Shown piece after piece: positions 18,245 through 27,524 of a stretch of 64,000 nucleotides of DNA (position 1 is its first letter; every line of letters starts with the position of its first letter). Source of the DNA: Candidatus Micrarchaeota archaeon (GTDB taxonomy: Archaea > Micrarchaeota > Micrarchaeia > Anstonellales > Anstonellaceae). The position numbers were made by a program, and so were the translations under genes. The DNA lies in NCBI GenBank assembly GCA_026413965.1, contig JAOAJY010000001.1, positions 125,275 to 189,274 of the forward strand, read 5' to 3'. The notes beneath the pieces are model-generated. The model worked only from the letters and a program-made list of their open reading frames with translations. It ran no database searches and was not told where the DNA came from.

Positions 18245-20104
18245 ATGAAATGCGGAATTGAGATACACCAAAGGATTGCCGGGCGCAAGCTTTTTTGCAG
18301 ATGCCCCTCTCCTTCTGATCACCCATCCTCTGATGGCTCCAAAGCAGGCGAAGCCAGATTCACACGCAGGCTGCATGCTGTTCTCTCAGAGCTTGGGGAG
18401 ATGGATGCTGCGGTCCGGATGGAGTCCATCCGGCAGCGCCAATTTTCATACGCCGCCAGCCTAAACGAGTGTTGCCTTGTTGAGGCAGATGAAGAGCCCC
18501 CGCACCAAATCAGCCAAGAGGCTTTGGCAGCAGCGGTTGCCATATGCCGCCTCCTGAAAAGCAAAGTGGTGGATGAGCTCCATGTGATGCGCAAGAACGT
18601 GATTGACGGCAGCAACACCTCCGGCTTCCAAAGGACAGCTCTTGTGGGCATAGGGGGAGAGGTGGAGACTCCCTTGGGCAAGCTTGCGATACAGACGGTG
18701 TGCTTAGAGGAAGAGAGCGCAGGGATAATTGAGGGCAAAGAGGGCAGCGCCGAATACAGCCTCTCGCGCTTGGGCGTGCCTTTGGTTGAGATAGCCACCG
18801 AGCCCTCGCTTTCAAGCGGCAAGCAAGCCCAAGAAGCGGCTTTTGCCATAGGCTCTCTTTTGCGCAAGACAGGCTTGGTGCAAAGGGGCATAGGCTCCAT
18901 AAGGCAGGACTTGAACGTCTCAATTCCAGGCGGCGCAAGAGTGGAGATAAAAGGAGTGCAGGAGCTGTCAATGATTGCAACCACAGTTGATATGGAGGCC
19001 GCAAGGCAATCCCAGCTTATCCAGATTTCCAAAGAGGCCCAAAAAAGGCTTTCAGGCAAGCCCATAGAGGAGGTTTTTGTTGACCTGACTGAAATATTCA
19101 AGGAGACTTCCTGCTCCATCATAGGCAAAGCCATACGCTCGGGCGGCTGCGCCATGGGGCTTCTCCTGCCAAAGCATGAAGGCCTTCTTGCCAAAGAAAT
19201 CCTCCCAGGCAGGCGGTATGGCACTGAGCTTTCAGATTACGCAAAATCCGCAGGCATAAAAGGCATAATCCATTCTGATGAGAACCTTTCAAAATACGGG
19301 ATAACAGACGATGAGGCGCTAGAGGTCCGGGCAGCCCTCTCCGCCAAGCCTTCGGATGCGTTTGTGATTGCGGCAGGGGAAAGGAGAAAAGCCCAAGCGG
19401 CTCTTTCCGAAGTCTGCCGCAGGGCAAACTATCCCGGAGTGCCTGAGGAGACAAGGAAAGCCAACCCTGACGGAACGTCCAGCTACATGCGCCCTCTTCC
19501 TGGAAAGGCAAGGCTCTATCCTGAGACCGACTTGCCGCCTTTGGAGATAGGCAGCAGCATTTTGCGGAAGGCAGAGGAAGAGGTCAGAAGGATGGAGAAA
19601 GAGGAGAAGGAAAAAGCGCAGCTGCTTTCTGCGCTCAACCCGCAGCTTTCATCGCAAGTTTCAAGCGTGCGCGGGCTGATTTCGCACAACGAGAGCTTCA
19701 GCCAGGAGTTCTCCTCTCCAGAATTTTCGGTTTTTGCGGCTTGCGTGAAAAAAGGAATAGACGCAAAATTCGCAGCTTCGGTCATTTCAAACACCCTTCA
19801 AGCCCTAAAAAGGGAAGGGGCGCCTGTAAGCAGCTTGGATGAGCCGAAGCTGATTGATTTTTTCGAGTCCTTCCAAAAAAGAGTGTTCTCAAAATCAGCC
19901 TCGCCTGAGATTTTGCGGGCAATGTGCCAGGAGGGCATCTCCGCCAGCCAGGCAGCCAAAAAGCTCGGCCTTCAGCTGGTGACAGGAGATGAGCTGCTCA
20001 GCCTGATTTCAAAAGAGAAGCTTGGGATTTCGGAATTCATGGCAAAGCACAGGCTCAGGGTGGATGCTGAAGAGGTGCAGAAGGCATTCAAGAAAATCAC
20101 TTAG
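18245..20104 (+). CDS. gatE: Glu-tRNA(Gln) amidotransferase subunit E
   Basis: CGIEIHQ, DEEPPH, DGSNTSGFQRT, RGIGSIRQDLNVS, RPLPGKARLYPETD. Confidence 0.95.
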   Translation: MKCGIEIHQRIAGRKLFCRCPSPSDHPSSDGSKAGEARFTRRLHAVLSELGEMDAAVRMESIRQRQFSYAASLNECCLVEADEEPPHQISQEALAAAVAICRLLKSKVVDELHVMRKNVIDGSNTSGFQRTALVGIGGEVETPLGKLAIQTVCLEEESAGIIEGKEGSAEYSLSRLGVPLVEIATEPSLSSGKQAQEAAFAIGSLLRKTGLVQRGIGSIRQDLNVSIPGGARVEIKGVQELSMIATTVDMEAARQSQLIQISKEAQKRLSGKPIEEVFVDLTEIFKETSCSIIGKAIRSGGCAMGLLLPKHEGLLAKEILPGRRYGTELSDYAKSAGIKGIIHSDENLSKYGITDDEALEVRAALSAKPSDAFVIAAGERRKAQAALSEVCRRANYPGVPEETRKANPDGTSSYMRPLPGKARLYPETDLPPLEIGSSILRKAEEEVRRMEKEEKEKAQLLSALNPQLSSQVSSVRGLISHNESFSQEFSSPEFSVFAACVKKGIDAKFAASVISNTLQALKREGAPVSSLDEPKLIDFFESFQKRVFSKSASPEILRAMCQEGISASQAAKKLGLQLVTGDELLSLISKEKLGISEFMAKHRLRVDAEEVQKAFKKIT

Positions 20105-20912
20105 GCAGCGCATACTCTTTGTTTTCAAGGAATTTTTTTTTCCCGAACCAAAGGATTTCTAGCTTGTCTTTGCTGAATTTCAGCAAATCTTTGTCTTGCG
20201 AGTGGACTTCAAGCGTTATCGTCCCGTCATAAAAGGATTTCAGGCGCCTAATCGCATTCCTCATGTCTATTTTTCCTGCTCCAATCGGCAGGTGCTGGTC
20301 TGCCTTGCGGTCATTGTCATGAAGATGGACGTGCGCTATTTTTTTCCTGAAAGCCTCCAAATATCCTTCGACGCCCTCTCCGCCATCCATGGAAGCATGC
20401 CCGACGTCAAGCGTCATGCCCGCATCCACCTCCTCAAACAACAGTTTGAAGTCCTTTATTGAGAAAGAGGAGGCGCTATAGTTCTCCACCAGAAGCGCCA
20501 GGCCCCTATCGGAAGCTTCCTTGTGCAGCTTCTTCACAGTCTCAATAGTCCTTGCGATGTGCACCTGCCTATCTTGTATGCCGGAAGGAAGGAATTCGGT
20601 GTGCACAGTGGCTTTTTTTGCCCCCAGCATGGCCGCTGCGTCAAAAGCCAAGCAAAATTCCTCCACAATCGCCTTCTGCACGCGCGGATAGGGGTGAGCC
20701 ACTGAGAAGTACCACGGGAAATGGCTCAGCACCCCGAAATTGTAGGAGTGCAAAGCATCATGTATCTCCTTTTTGCCTGCCATTATCTTTTCAGGAGTTG
20801 CGCCAGGAGCCTCTATGGTGATTTCAACAAAGTCAAATCCCATCTCTCCAAAAAGAGAAATCTGCCCCGCCAGGCTTTCCTTCGGGCTGTTCATAGCCCC
20901 GATAATCAACAA
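20097..20912 (-). CDS. Sugar-phosphate isomerase/epimerase (xylose-isomerase-like TIM barrel)
   Basis: LLVEN, TLDVGHA, HVHLHDN, HLPIGAG, TLEV. Confidence 0.85.
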   Translation of the reverse strand: MLIIGAMNSPKESLAGQISLFGEMGFDFVEITIEAPGATPEKIMAGKKEIHDALHSYNFGVLSHFPWYFSVAHPYPRVQKAIVEEFCLAFDAAAMLGAKKATVHTEFLPSGIQDRQVHIARTIETVKKLHKEASDRGLALLVENYSASSFSIKDFKLLFEEVDAGMTLDVGHASMDGGEGVEGYLEAFRKKIAHVHLHDNDRKADQHLPIGAGKIDMRNAIRRLKSFYDGTITLEVHSQDKDLLKFSKDKLEILWFGKKKFLENKEYALPK

Positions 20913-20921
20913 ATCACCTGC

Positions 20922-21668
20922 CTATCCTATCTGGATTTCCTCCTCAATCTTTTTTATCCTATTCAAGGCAGACAAGGCTGCAAGCATGGAGGTTTTTGGG
21001 TTCTGCCTAAAGGGCACATTCTCAAAAGCCATCTCCATAGCCCCTGCTGAGGAGGAAGCGATTATCTTGTGGGTGTTTCTTTTTGCGCAAGGGTCGCTTA
21101 TTATCCTGACTTTGGTTTTCCGGAATCCTGCTCCGGCTATTGAGATTGCTGCTGACACATTCACGTTCTTTGGATAAAGCCTGCATGCTTCCTGCGCGCT
21201 TCCTTCAAACAAAACCACCCGCCTAGCATCCATTCTCCCAAAGGCTGCAGGCGGCTTGGAGGTCTCAAGGACAACTCTGAGTCCGGCTTTCCTTGCCGCT
21301 GATATGGCGTCCAAGCCGCCTATGGCTCCTGACGGAATGTATATTTTCCTCCTATGCTTTCTGGCTTTTCTTTTCAAAAGCTCCAGCAGCTTTTGGTCAG
21401 CAAGCGCCCCTACTGACATGACCATCACATCGCAGTGCTCAAGGCATCCAAAAAGCATAGGGACTGCTTGCTGGGAAGCCGCTTCCACCACAAGCTCTGC
21501 TCCTCCGCACCTTTCCGGCATCTTGCTGTAGAATGGGCACCTCAGCCCCAGCCTTTCCATCCTTTTTTTGGCTTTTGGATCCGAATCCAACACCCACACA
21601 AGCTGCTTTTTTAGCCGCATGGCAAGAAAGCTGCCGATGTTGCCCAAGCCAATCAGGCCAATCCTCAT
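20922..21668 (-). CDS. nadX: L-aspartate dehydrogenase
   Basis: GLGNIG, VEAAS, SVGAL, PSGAIGGLD, PKNVNV, NPKTS. Confidence 0.9.
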   Translation of the reverse strand: MRIGLIGLGNIGSFLAMRLKKQLVWVLDSDPKAKKRMERLGLRCPFYSKMPERCGGAELVVEAASQQAVPMLFGCLEHCDVMVMSVGALADQKLLELLKRKARKHRRKIYIPSGAIGGLDAISAARKAGLRVVLETSKPPAAFGRMDARRVVLFEGSAQEACRLYPKNVNVSAAISIAGAGFRKTKVRIISDPCAKRNTHKIIASSSAGAMEMAFENVPFRQNPKTSMLAALSALNRIKKIEEEIQIG

Positions 21669-21677
21669 CGCATCTCC

Positions 21678-22088
21678 TCACAACAGATTGCCCAATCCAC
21701 TGCCTTCCAACGCTTTTTTCCGCTCGATATATGCCTTATGGAGCTTTTCCACCGCCCTTTCATCTATTCTTACCCTTCCGCCGTGCGGCCTGAGAGCTCC
21801 TGAGAAAGTTTTGGGTATGTGCAAAAGCTCGTGTATCAGCACCTTCTCCTTTTCGCTTTCAGGCAGCTTGTCGTAATGCTGGGAAACCACTTCTATTATG
21901 TAAAATGCCCCCACCCCAAGCGCCTTCTGCCATATCTTCGGCAAGTTCCATATCCTTGCGTATGCGTTTGCTTTGGTGTTGTATGAGCGCATGCAAAAAA
22001 TCCTGAACTCGTTTATATGCCCATAGGAAAGCGCGCTTACAATATCGGTTATTTTCCGCTCAACATCAGGAGCCATCTCAACCTGCAT
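21678..22088 (-). CDS. Small HExxH putative metallopeptidase
   Basis: AYARIW, KVLIHELLHIP, GALRPH. Confidence 0.8.
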   Translation of the reverse strand: MQVEMAPDVERKITDIVSALSYGHINEFRIFCMRSYNTKANAYARIWNLPKIWQKALGVGAFYIIEVVSQHYDKLPESEKEKVLIHELLHIPKTFSGALRPHGGRVRIDERAVEKLHKAYIERKKALEGSGLGNLL

Positions 22089-22148
22089 GAATGGCTAACC
22101 GCAGCCCAATTTTTATATGTGCCCCCCAAAAATCCATGCGGTGCGGCA

Positions 22149-23462
22149 ATGGGGAATCTGGAAGCCTTCTTCAGCAGGTGCCAAGAGGCATGCGAAGAAA
22201 TATTGCGCATGCAAAATCCCCTCGTAGTCCATCACTATGACTGCGACGGCATAGCGTCAGGCTCAATAGCGGCGTGGTGGCTTGAGCAGAATGGAAAGCA
22301 GTATCGCATGGTTTCGGTCAGGAAGCTGGACGAGCTTTTCCTAAGCTCCATCGCCGGCGAGCCTAATTTGGTGTTTGTGGATTTGGGGAGCGGAACCCCT
22401 ATGGTGGAAGAGCTCAAAAGCAGCATCGTCATAATTGACCACCACCAGCCTGCGTTCAAATCCTGCCTGCAGGCAAATCCCCATCTTTTTGGGTTTGATG
22501 GCGGGCATGAAATCTCCGCCTCAGGCTGCGCTCATTTTGTCTTCAACTCTCGGGCAGATTTGGGGGTGGTGGGGGCAGTTGGAGACATCCAATATCCTCT
22601 AAAAAGCCTCAACAGGATAATGCTTGACAAGGCAGTGTCATCCAAGCAGGTGGCAGTCTCCACAGACCTGCGCCTTTTTGGCAGGAATTCCCGACCGCTC
22701 ATCCAGTTCCTCTCATTCTCAGACGACCCTTACCTTCCAGGGCTCACAGGGAACGAGGAGGCTTGCGCCAAGCTCCTCTCAGAGCTTTCCATCAGCCTCA
22801 AAGAAGGGGAAAAATGGCGGGCGTATTCAGACTTGTCTTTGGAGGAAAAAAGGCGGCTGGTCTCCGCTCTTGCGGAGATCGTCTCGCAGCGCATCTCTCC
22901 AGAGGCAGCTTCCAGCCTCACAGGAGAGGTGTATTCTCTGCTGCAGCAGCCGCAAAACACAGAGCTTTCGGATGCTTCTGAATTTGCCACCCTGCTCAAC
23001 GCATGCGGCAGGAACTCCCAGCCGCAGCTGGGCGTGGATGTCTGCCTTTCCAGGCAAGGCGCCTTTGAGTCAGCCCGCCTCCTTTTGGCTGAGCATAGGA
23101 GAAGGCTGCGGGAAGGGATAGAATTTGCCCTCAAAAACGTGCAGGATTTCGGCAAGTTCTTTCTGATAGATGGCCGCGGAGCCATTCCAGACTCCATAAT
23201 CGGCGTGGTTTCAGGCATGATTTTTCCAGGAGGCAAAAGCAAGCCTGTGCTGGGGCTCTCCCTTGAGGAGACTGGCGCGATAAAGCTTTCTGCAAGGGGA
23301 ACTAGGAAGCTTGTTGAGGAAGGGCTCAACTTGGGCAAGATAATGGCAGAAGCAAGCTCTTCGGTCGGAGGGGTTGGCGGAGGGCACAACATAGCGGCAG
23401 GAGCCACCATACCCGCAGACAAGCTTGATGCGTTTGTGCAGGAGTTCGCAAGGAGGCTATGA
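22149..23462 (+). CDS. RecJ-like DHH/DHHA1 phosphoesterase (GAN/Cdc45-like)
   Basis: HYDCDG, DLGSG, IDHH, GAVGD, EFATLLNACGR, GGGHNIAAGA. Confidence 0.9.
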   Translation: MGNLEAFFSRCQEACEEILRMQNPLVVHHYDCDGIASGSIAAWWLEQNGKQYRMVSVRKLDELFLSSIAGEPNLVFVDLGSGTPMVEELKSSIVIIDHHQPAFKSCLQANPHLFGFDGGHEISASGCAHFVFNSRADLGVVGAVGDIQYPLKSLNRIMLDKAVSSKQVAVSTDLRLFGRNSRPLIQFLSFSDDPYLPGLTGNEEACAKLLSELSISLKEGEKWRAYSDLSLEEKRRLVSALAEIVSQRISPEAASSLTGEVYSLLQQPQNTELSDASEFATLLNACGRNSQPQLGVDVCLSRQGAFESARLLLAEHRRRLREGIEFALKNVQDFGKFFLIDGRGAIPDSIIGVVSGMIFPGGKSKPVLGLSLEETGAIKLSARGTRKLVEEGLNLGKIMAEASSSVGGVGGGHNIAAGATIPADKLDAFVQEFARRL

Positions 23463-25766
23463 CTTCTTGGCTTTTTTGGGCTTCTCAATGCTTTCCTGCA
23501 TCTCCGCGCTTTCCTGGACTTCCTGGCTGACCAAAGAGGAGAAGACTTTTTGCCATTCAGCATCCACCAATTTCCAATCCACCTCTCCTTCTGATGCCTC
23601 CAGCCTCTTGAGCAGGTTGTTTGCTTGCGTGGTGCATTTGAGGACAAAGTCAAGCTCCAAAAACTGCGGGTGGGAATACTTGCGGGAAGCCTCGAGTATC
23701 TGAGAATAAAGCTTGCCTTTGAAAAACGCCTCCATGATGTACTGCGCAGGAGGAATTCCTGTCTCCTCGCATCTTCTCTCAAGAGCAGGAGGGATGAATT
23801 CCAACTTCAGACTCTTTGAGATTTTGCCCAAATCCGCATCAGCAAGAGACTTTGCCTCTGCTTCTGGGAGGTTGGTGAAAAGGCATTTCAGCCTGGTGCT
23901 CTCTATGTCTTCTCCCCTCTCAAGCCTGAAAACCTCCACAAATTTCCTCTCCTTCAAATCAGTCTCATACTGGAAGCCCAGCATCCTGTAAACCTGCGCC
24001 TTTCTCCCAAACCTCACTTTTTTGAGGAAAGAGTACCTGTCAGTTGAGAACATGGAGGCAGCCGGCACCCCAAACACCAGCTCAAGCCTGTCCTGCACGT
24101 CCTTCAACGACTGGGCATGGAGGTTGTAAAGAAGGAATATGCCTGGCTGCGTGTTCAGCAGGTTGATCACTCCCTGCACAGCAAGGCGCGAGCGGATTTC
24201 ATTTATTATGACGCAGGCATCTCCCATGCGCAAGGCCGCATTGGTCATGGAGACCAAGTCAAGCTCGCTGCTCCCTATGTCTTCCCTGTCTGAAGACTGG
24301 ACTTGCACTGCGCCTATGTGGAAACCGCGCTTCCGGTAGGCTTTGGTAGGAATCTCCTCAATATCCTGTATTGGCAATATCCTCTTCTTTGTCCCTATGG
24401 CGGCGATTTTTGCTGAGGTGAAGGCGGTTTTGCCCACTCCTTTTAGCCCAAGGACAGCCTCAGAGCAGCCCAGGCTGACCATGACATCGTCATATCCTGC
24501 AAAAAAAGGGCTCATGGAGCCAAGCTTAAGATACATGGGGTAGGTGAAAGGCTGGTCCCTCATTATCCTAAGCGCAGCTTGAAGCTCCCCGAAAGTCGCA
24601 GGCGGCCTTTGCAGGTGGCATCTCATGGCAAGCCGGGTGAGGACCACATCAATCACCGGCTGGTTCTTGTCAAACCGCTTGGTTCCTTGCGATGCCGCCA
24701 CTATGTTCTTGAACGCATTCTCCATCATCTCATGGTTGTATCTCCAAAGCGTATGGCACAGGCCGTACTTGGCATGCTCTATGTAAATGGGAGAATTCTC
24801 GCCATCGATGTAAATGTCAGTTATGTTGTCCCTGTCCAAAGCCATGTTCTCAATAGGCGCGCCCAAGCCAACCACCCATGCGGCAGCTTCTCTGCCCATG
24901 GCAATTGCCTGCTCTTGCGTTATGGGTATCTTCTCCAAAGTGGCTCGGTCTATGAACGATTGCGCATACTCGCGCGAGCGGTCATCAAAGACAGTCGCAT
25001 AATCCAACGTTTGCCGTATGTCTTTCAAGCCTTCCTGTATTGTAGCCCTAAGCATCTCCTGAAGCTTGGCAGGCAGGTTCTCTATGGTCGGGTTCTCAAT
25101 AGTGTAAAGGTGCGCCTCTCCGCCGGGTATGTCGTAGATTTTCACTTGCAGCCCTCCTGGAAGCTCGTATTGGGCATCCTTTGAGTCAATCAAGACAGCC
25201 TCCTTTGGGACTGAGAGCATGAAGTTTTGTATGAAAAGCAGGCTCTTGAGCCCAAGCAGCGCCAAAAAGGCCGCCCGCAAATCCCCTGTCTTTTGGCAAA
25301 GAAGATAAAGGGAAGACTTGGTGTAGGCTTCAAGTATCCCATTCACCCAAGCCTTGAAGTTCCTGTGCCCCTCAACAAAAACCGCCTTTTCTGGGTAAGG
25401 CTCGCTGTATGACTTCAGCACTTGCGCAGCCACCAGCGGATTCATGAACATGAATTCGTAAAAGTCTTTCAGCGCCTTCTTTCTCTGCTGGTAATAGTCG
25501 TCCTCGGGCCTGCCATAAGTCTTTGGGTTGAGCATTATCGCCTCGACCTGCCTCACAATAGCGTTGTACTCAGAAATTATCGCGCTTTTTTCAGCATCCA
25601 GCTCCACCACTATCTCTTCTTCATATCTCATGGTTTTCCAAGGCTTCAGGAGCTGCGAGGTGACCCTCAGATGCGAGTTTATGCACTGGGGGGTGGTCAA
25701 TCCAAGGCCGCAAGTGGGGCAGTCCATCACCAGGCGCATCCCTTGGTATGAAGGTCGGCAACCCAT
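23457..25766 (-). CDS. Type II/IV secretion (VirB11/TadA-family) ATPase with divergent motifs
   Basis: ITDIYI, GLKGVGKT, IQDIEEI, ALRMGD..IINEIRS, NLHAQS; N-terminal Cys motif. Confidence 0.75.
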   Translation of the reverse strand: MGCRPSYQGMRLVMDCPTCGLGLTTPQCINSHLRVTSQLLKPWKTMRYEEEIVVELDAEKSAIISEYNAIVRQVEAIMLNPKTYGRPEDDYYQQRKKALKDFYEFMFMNPLVAAQVLKSYSEPYPEKAVFVEGHRNFKAWVNGILEAYTKSSLYLLCQKTGDLRAAFLALLGLKSLLFIQNFMLSVPKEAVLIDSKDAQYELPGGLQVKIYDIPGGEAHLYTIENPTIENLPAKLQEMLRATIQEGLKDIRQTLDYATVFDDRSREYAQSFIDRATLEKIPITQEQAIAMGREAAAWVVGLGAPIENMALDRDNITDIYIDGENSPIYIEHAKYGLCHTLWRYNHEMMENAFKNIVAASQGTKRFDKNQPVIDVVLTRLAMRCHLQRPPATFGELQAALRIMRDQPFTYPMYLKLGSMSPFFAGYDDVMVSLGCSEAVLGLKGVGKTAFTSAKIAAIGTKKRILPIQDIEEIPTKAYRKRGFHIGAVQVQSSDREDIGSSELDLVSMTNAALRMGDACVIINEIRSRLAVQGVINLLNTQPGIFLLYNLHAQSLKDVQDRLELVFGVPAASMFSTDRYSFLKKVRFGRKAQVYRMLGFQYETDLKERKFVEVFRLERGEDIESTRLKCLFTNLPEAEAKSLADADLGKISKSLKLEFIPPALERRCEETGIPPAQYIMEAFFKGKLYSQILEASRKYSHPQFLELDFVLKCTTQANNLLKRLEASEGEVDWKLVDAEWQKVFSSLVSQEVQESAEMQESIEKPKKAKKS

Positions 25767-25849
25767 GCTATCTGCAACACGTCTCAGGTTTTTAAATTAT
25801 GATTAAAGAAGGGAAAAGCGCGGCTTTCAAGCCGCGCAAAAACAAAAAC

Positions 25850-26065
25850 TCATGCATTCTTCAGCTTCGCCTTGTAGACATATCCGTCCTTCCCAAGGTA
25901 GTACATGTACCCTTTCTGCTTCTCCACCTTCTCAGTGCCGACCTTCTTTTTCCTTCCGCCTTTGTTGTGCTTCATCGGGGCAGCCCAAACATATCCGTCC
26001 TTCCCTATGTAGTAAAGGTAGCCGTCCTCGCGCTTGATTTTCTCGCTCCCAATCTTTTGTCCCAT
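25850..26065 (-). CDS. Small basic two-repeat protein (candidate nucleoid-associated protein)
   Basis: 71 aa with 16 Lys and 9 Tyr; GYLYYIGKDGYV / GYMYYLGKDGYV repeat; GGAGGTG SD. Confidence 0.75.
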   Translation of the reverse strand: MGQKIGSEKIKREDGYLYYIGKDGYVWAAPMKHNKGGRKKKVGTEKVEKQKGYMYYLGKDGYVYKAKLKNA

Positions 26066-26121
26066 TCAGACACCTCCAAAATAGATATCGGGATTTTCCC
26101 GCCGTGTCTTCGTCGGCATAA

Positions 26122-26129
26122 TTTATAAA
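26122..26129 (-). promoter_or_regulatory. TATA box of the small basic protein gene
   Basis: TTTATAAA about 20 nt upstream of a 5'-UTR hairpin (26089-26101), followed by the SD (26071-26077). Confidence 0.55.
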
Positions 26130-26196
26130 GATATGTCTGCGCCCTTTGGCAATAGGTTTAAACGTTCGCCCTGCATTAGCTTAAAGGCGTGATTGG

Positions 26197-27522
26197 ATGG
26201 ATTTGGGAAGGAGCCTGCGCGCCGCTCTGGCGAAATTCACAGGCGCTCCGCTGGCAGACGAAAAAGCGGTCAAATTGCTTTGCCGCGAGCTTCAGCGCAT
26301 ACTCATCTCCTCAGACGTGAATGTGCGCCTGGTTTTTGAGCTGACCAAGAAGATAGAGGCAAGGGCTCTTGACTCAAAGCTTGCAAAGGGCTTGTCTTTG
26401 AGGGAGCATGTGGTCAAGGTGGTTTATGAGGAGCTTTCCTCTCTTATGGGAAGCCAATACGAGCCAAAAATCAGCCCCCACAAGATTCTTCTTCTCGGGC
26501 TTTACGGGAGCGGCAAGACCACCACAGCAGGCAAGCTTGCTCACTTTTACAAAAGCAGAGGGCTTTCGGTAGCGCTGGTATGCTGCGATACCGACCGCCC
26601 GGCAGCATATGAGCAGCTTGAGCAAGTGGCGAAATCCTCCGGCTCCGCATTCTATGGCATCAAAGGAGAAAAGGACGCGCTGAAAATACTTGGCTATGCG
26701 ATGCAAAAATGCAAAGAAGACGTGATAATAGCGGATTCTTCGGGAAGAAGCGCGTTTGACGAGGCTCTTGTGCAGCAGCTCAAGCAGATAAGCCAAGCCT
26801 TCAGCCCAGACGAAAAATTCCTGGTGATATCTGCCGACATAGGGCAGGTGGCAGGCAAGCAGGCTGAGCAGTTCAACCAAGCCGTAGGGCTGTCTGGCGT
26901 TGTAATCACCAAGCTGGATGGCAGCGGAAAAGGGGGAGGGGCGCTTTCCGCAGTTGCTGCCAGCGGGGCGAAAGTCGCATTCGTCGGCACAGGCGAAAAG
27001 ATGGACGCTTTGGAGCCTTTCAACGCCCAGAAGTTCGTGGGCAGGCTTCTTGGCTTTCCTGATTTGGAGGCGCTGATGCAGAAAGTCAAGAAAATCTCAG
27101 AGGAAGAGAAGCTGCAAGAGGGATTGGACGAGAAGCTTACCCTGAGGGCTTTCTATGAGCAGCTTCGGGCAGCCAAAAAGCTCGGGCCGCTATCAAGCGT
27201 GTTCTCCATGCTTGGCATGGCTGATGTGCCTGACGAGCTTGTGAAAAACAGCGAAGAGAAGCTGAAGAAATTCGAGAGCATAATAAACTCCATGACGCCG
27301 CAAGAAAGGGAAGACGCGCAGCTTGTCAAGAAAAGCCGCTCCAGGATAGAAAGGATAGCGCGCGGCTCCGGAACCTCTGAAAAAGACGTGCGCGAGCTGA
27401 TTTCCCAATTTGAGAAAGTGGAAAGCATGGTCAACCAATTCAAGCACAACCGAAGCCTGAGGAAAAAGATGGAGAAGCTTATGCGGGGCGCAAACATAGA
27501 CTTGTCAAGGCTTGGAGGCTGA
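26197..27522 (+). CDS. srp54: Signal recognition particle protein SRP54
   Basis: GLYGSGKTTT, DTDRPAA, DSSGR, TKLDGSGKGGGALS, M-domain SMT..ER and RIARGSG. Confidence 0.95.
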   Translation: MDLGRSLRAALAKFTGAPLADEKAVKLLCRELQRILISSDVNVRLVFELTKKIEARALDSKLAKGLSLREHVVKVVYEELSSLMGSQYEPKISPHKILLLGLYGSGKTTTAGKLAHFYKSRGLSVALVCCDTDRPAAYEQLEQVAKSSGSAFYGIKGEKDALKILGYAMQKCKEDVIIADSSGRSAFDEALVQQLKQISQAFSPDEKFLVISADIGQVAGKQAEQFNQAVGLSGVVITKLDGSGKGGGALSAVAASGAKVAFVGTGEKMDALEPFNAQKFVGRLLGFPDLEALMQKVKKISEEEKLQEGLDEKLTLRAFYEQLRAAKKLGPLSSVFSMLGMADVPDELVKNSEEKLKKFESIINSMTPQEREDAQLVKKSRSRIERIARGSGTSEKDVRELISQFEKVESMVNQFKHNRSLRKKMEKLMRGANIDLSRLGG

Positions 27523-27524
27523 CC

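Noticed and set aside
18319-19224. Long antisense ORFs (also 6786-7625, 16176-17045, 22730-23782, 39749-40603)
   Set aside because: They are shadows of well-supported genes on the opposite strand and carry no motifs of their own
21678-22088. Prophage marker (phage-type metallopeptidase)
   Set aside because: It sits among housekeeping genes in an apparent operon with nadX; no viral genes nearby
25850-26065. Assignment as Cren7, Sul7d, CC1 or histone
   Set aside because: No recognisable signature of those families; left as an unnamed candidate
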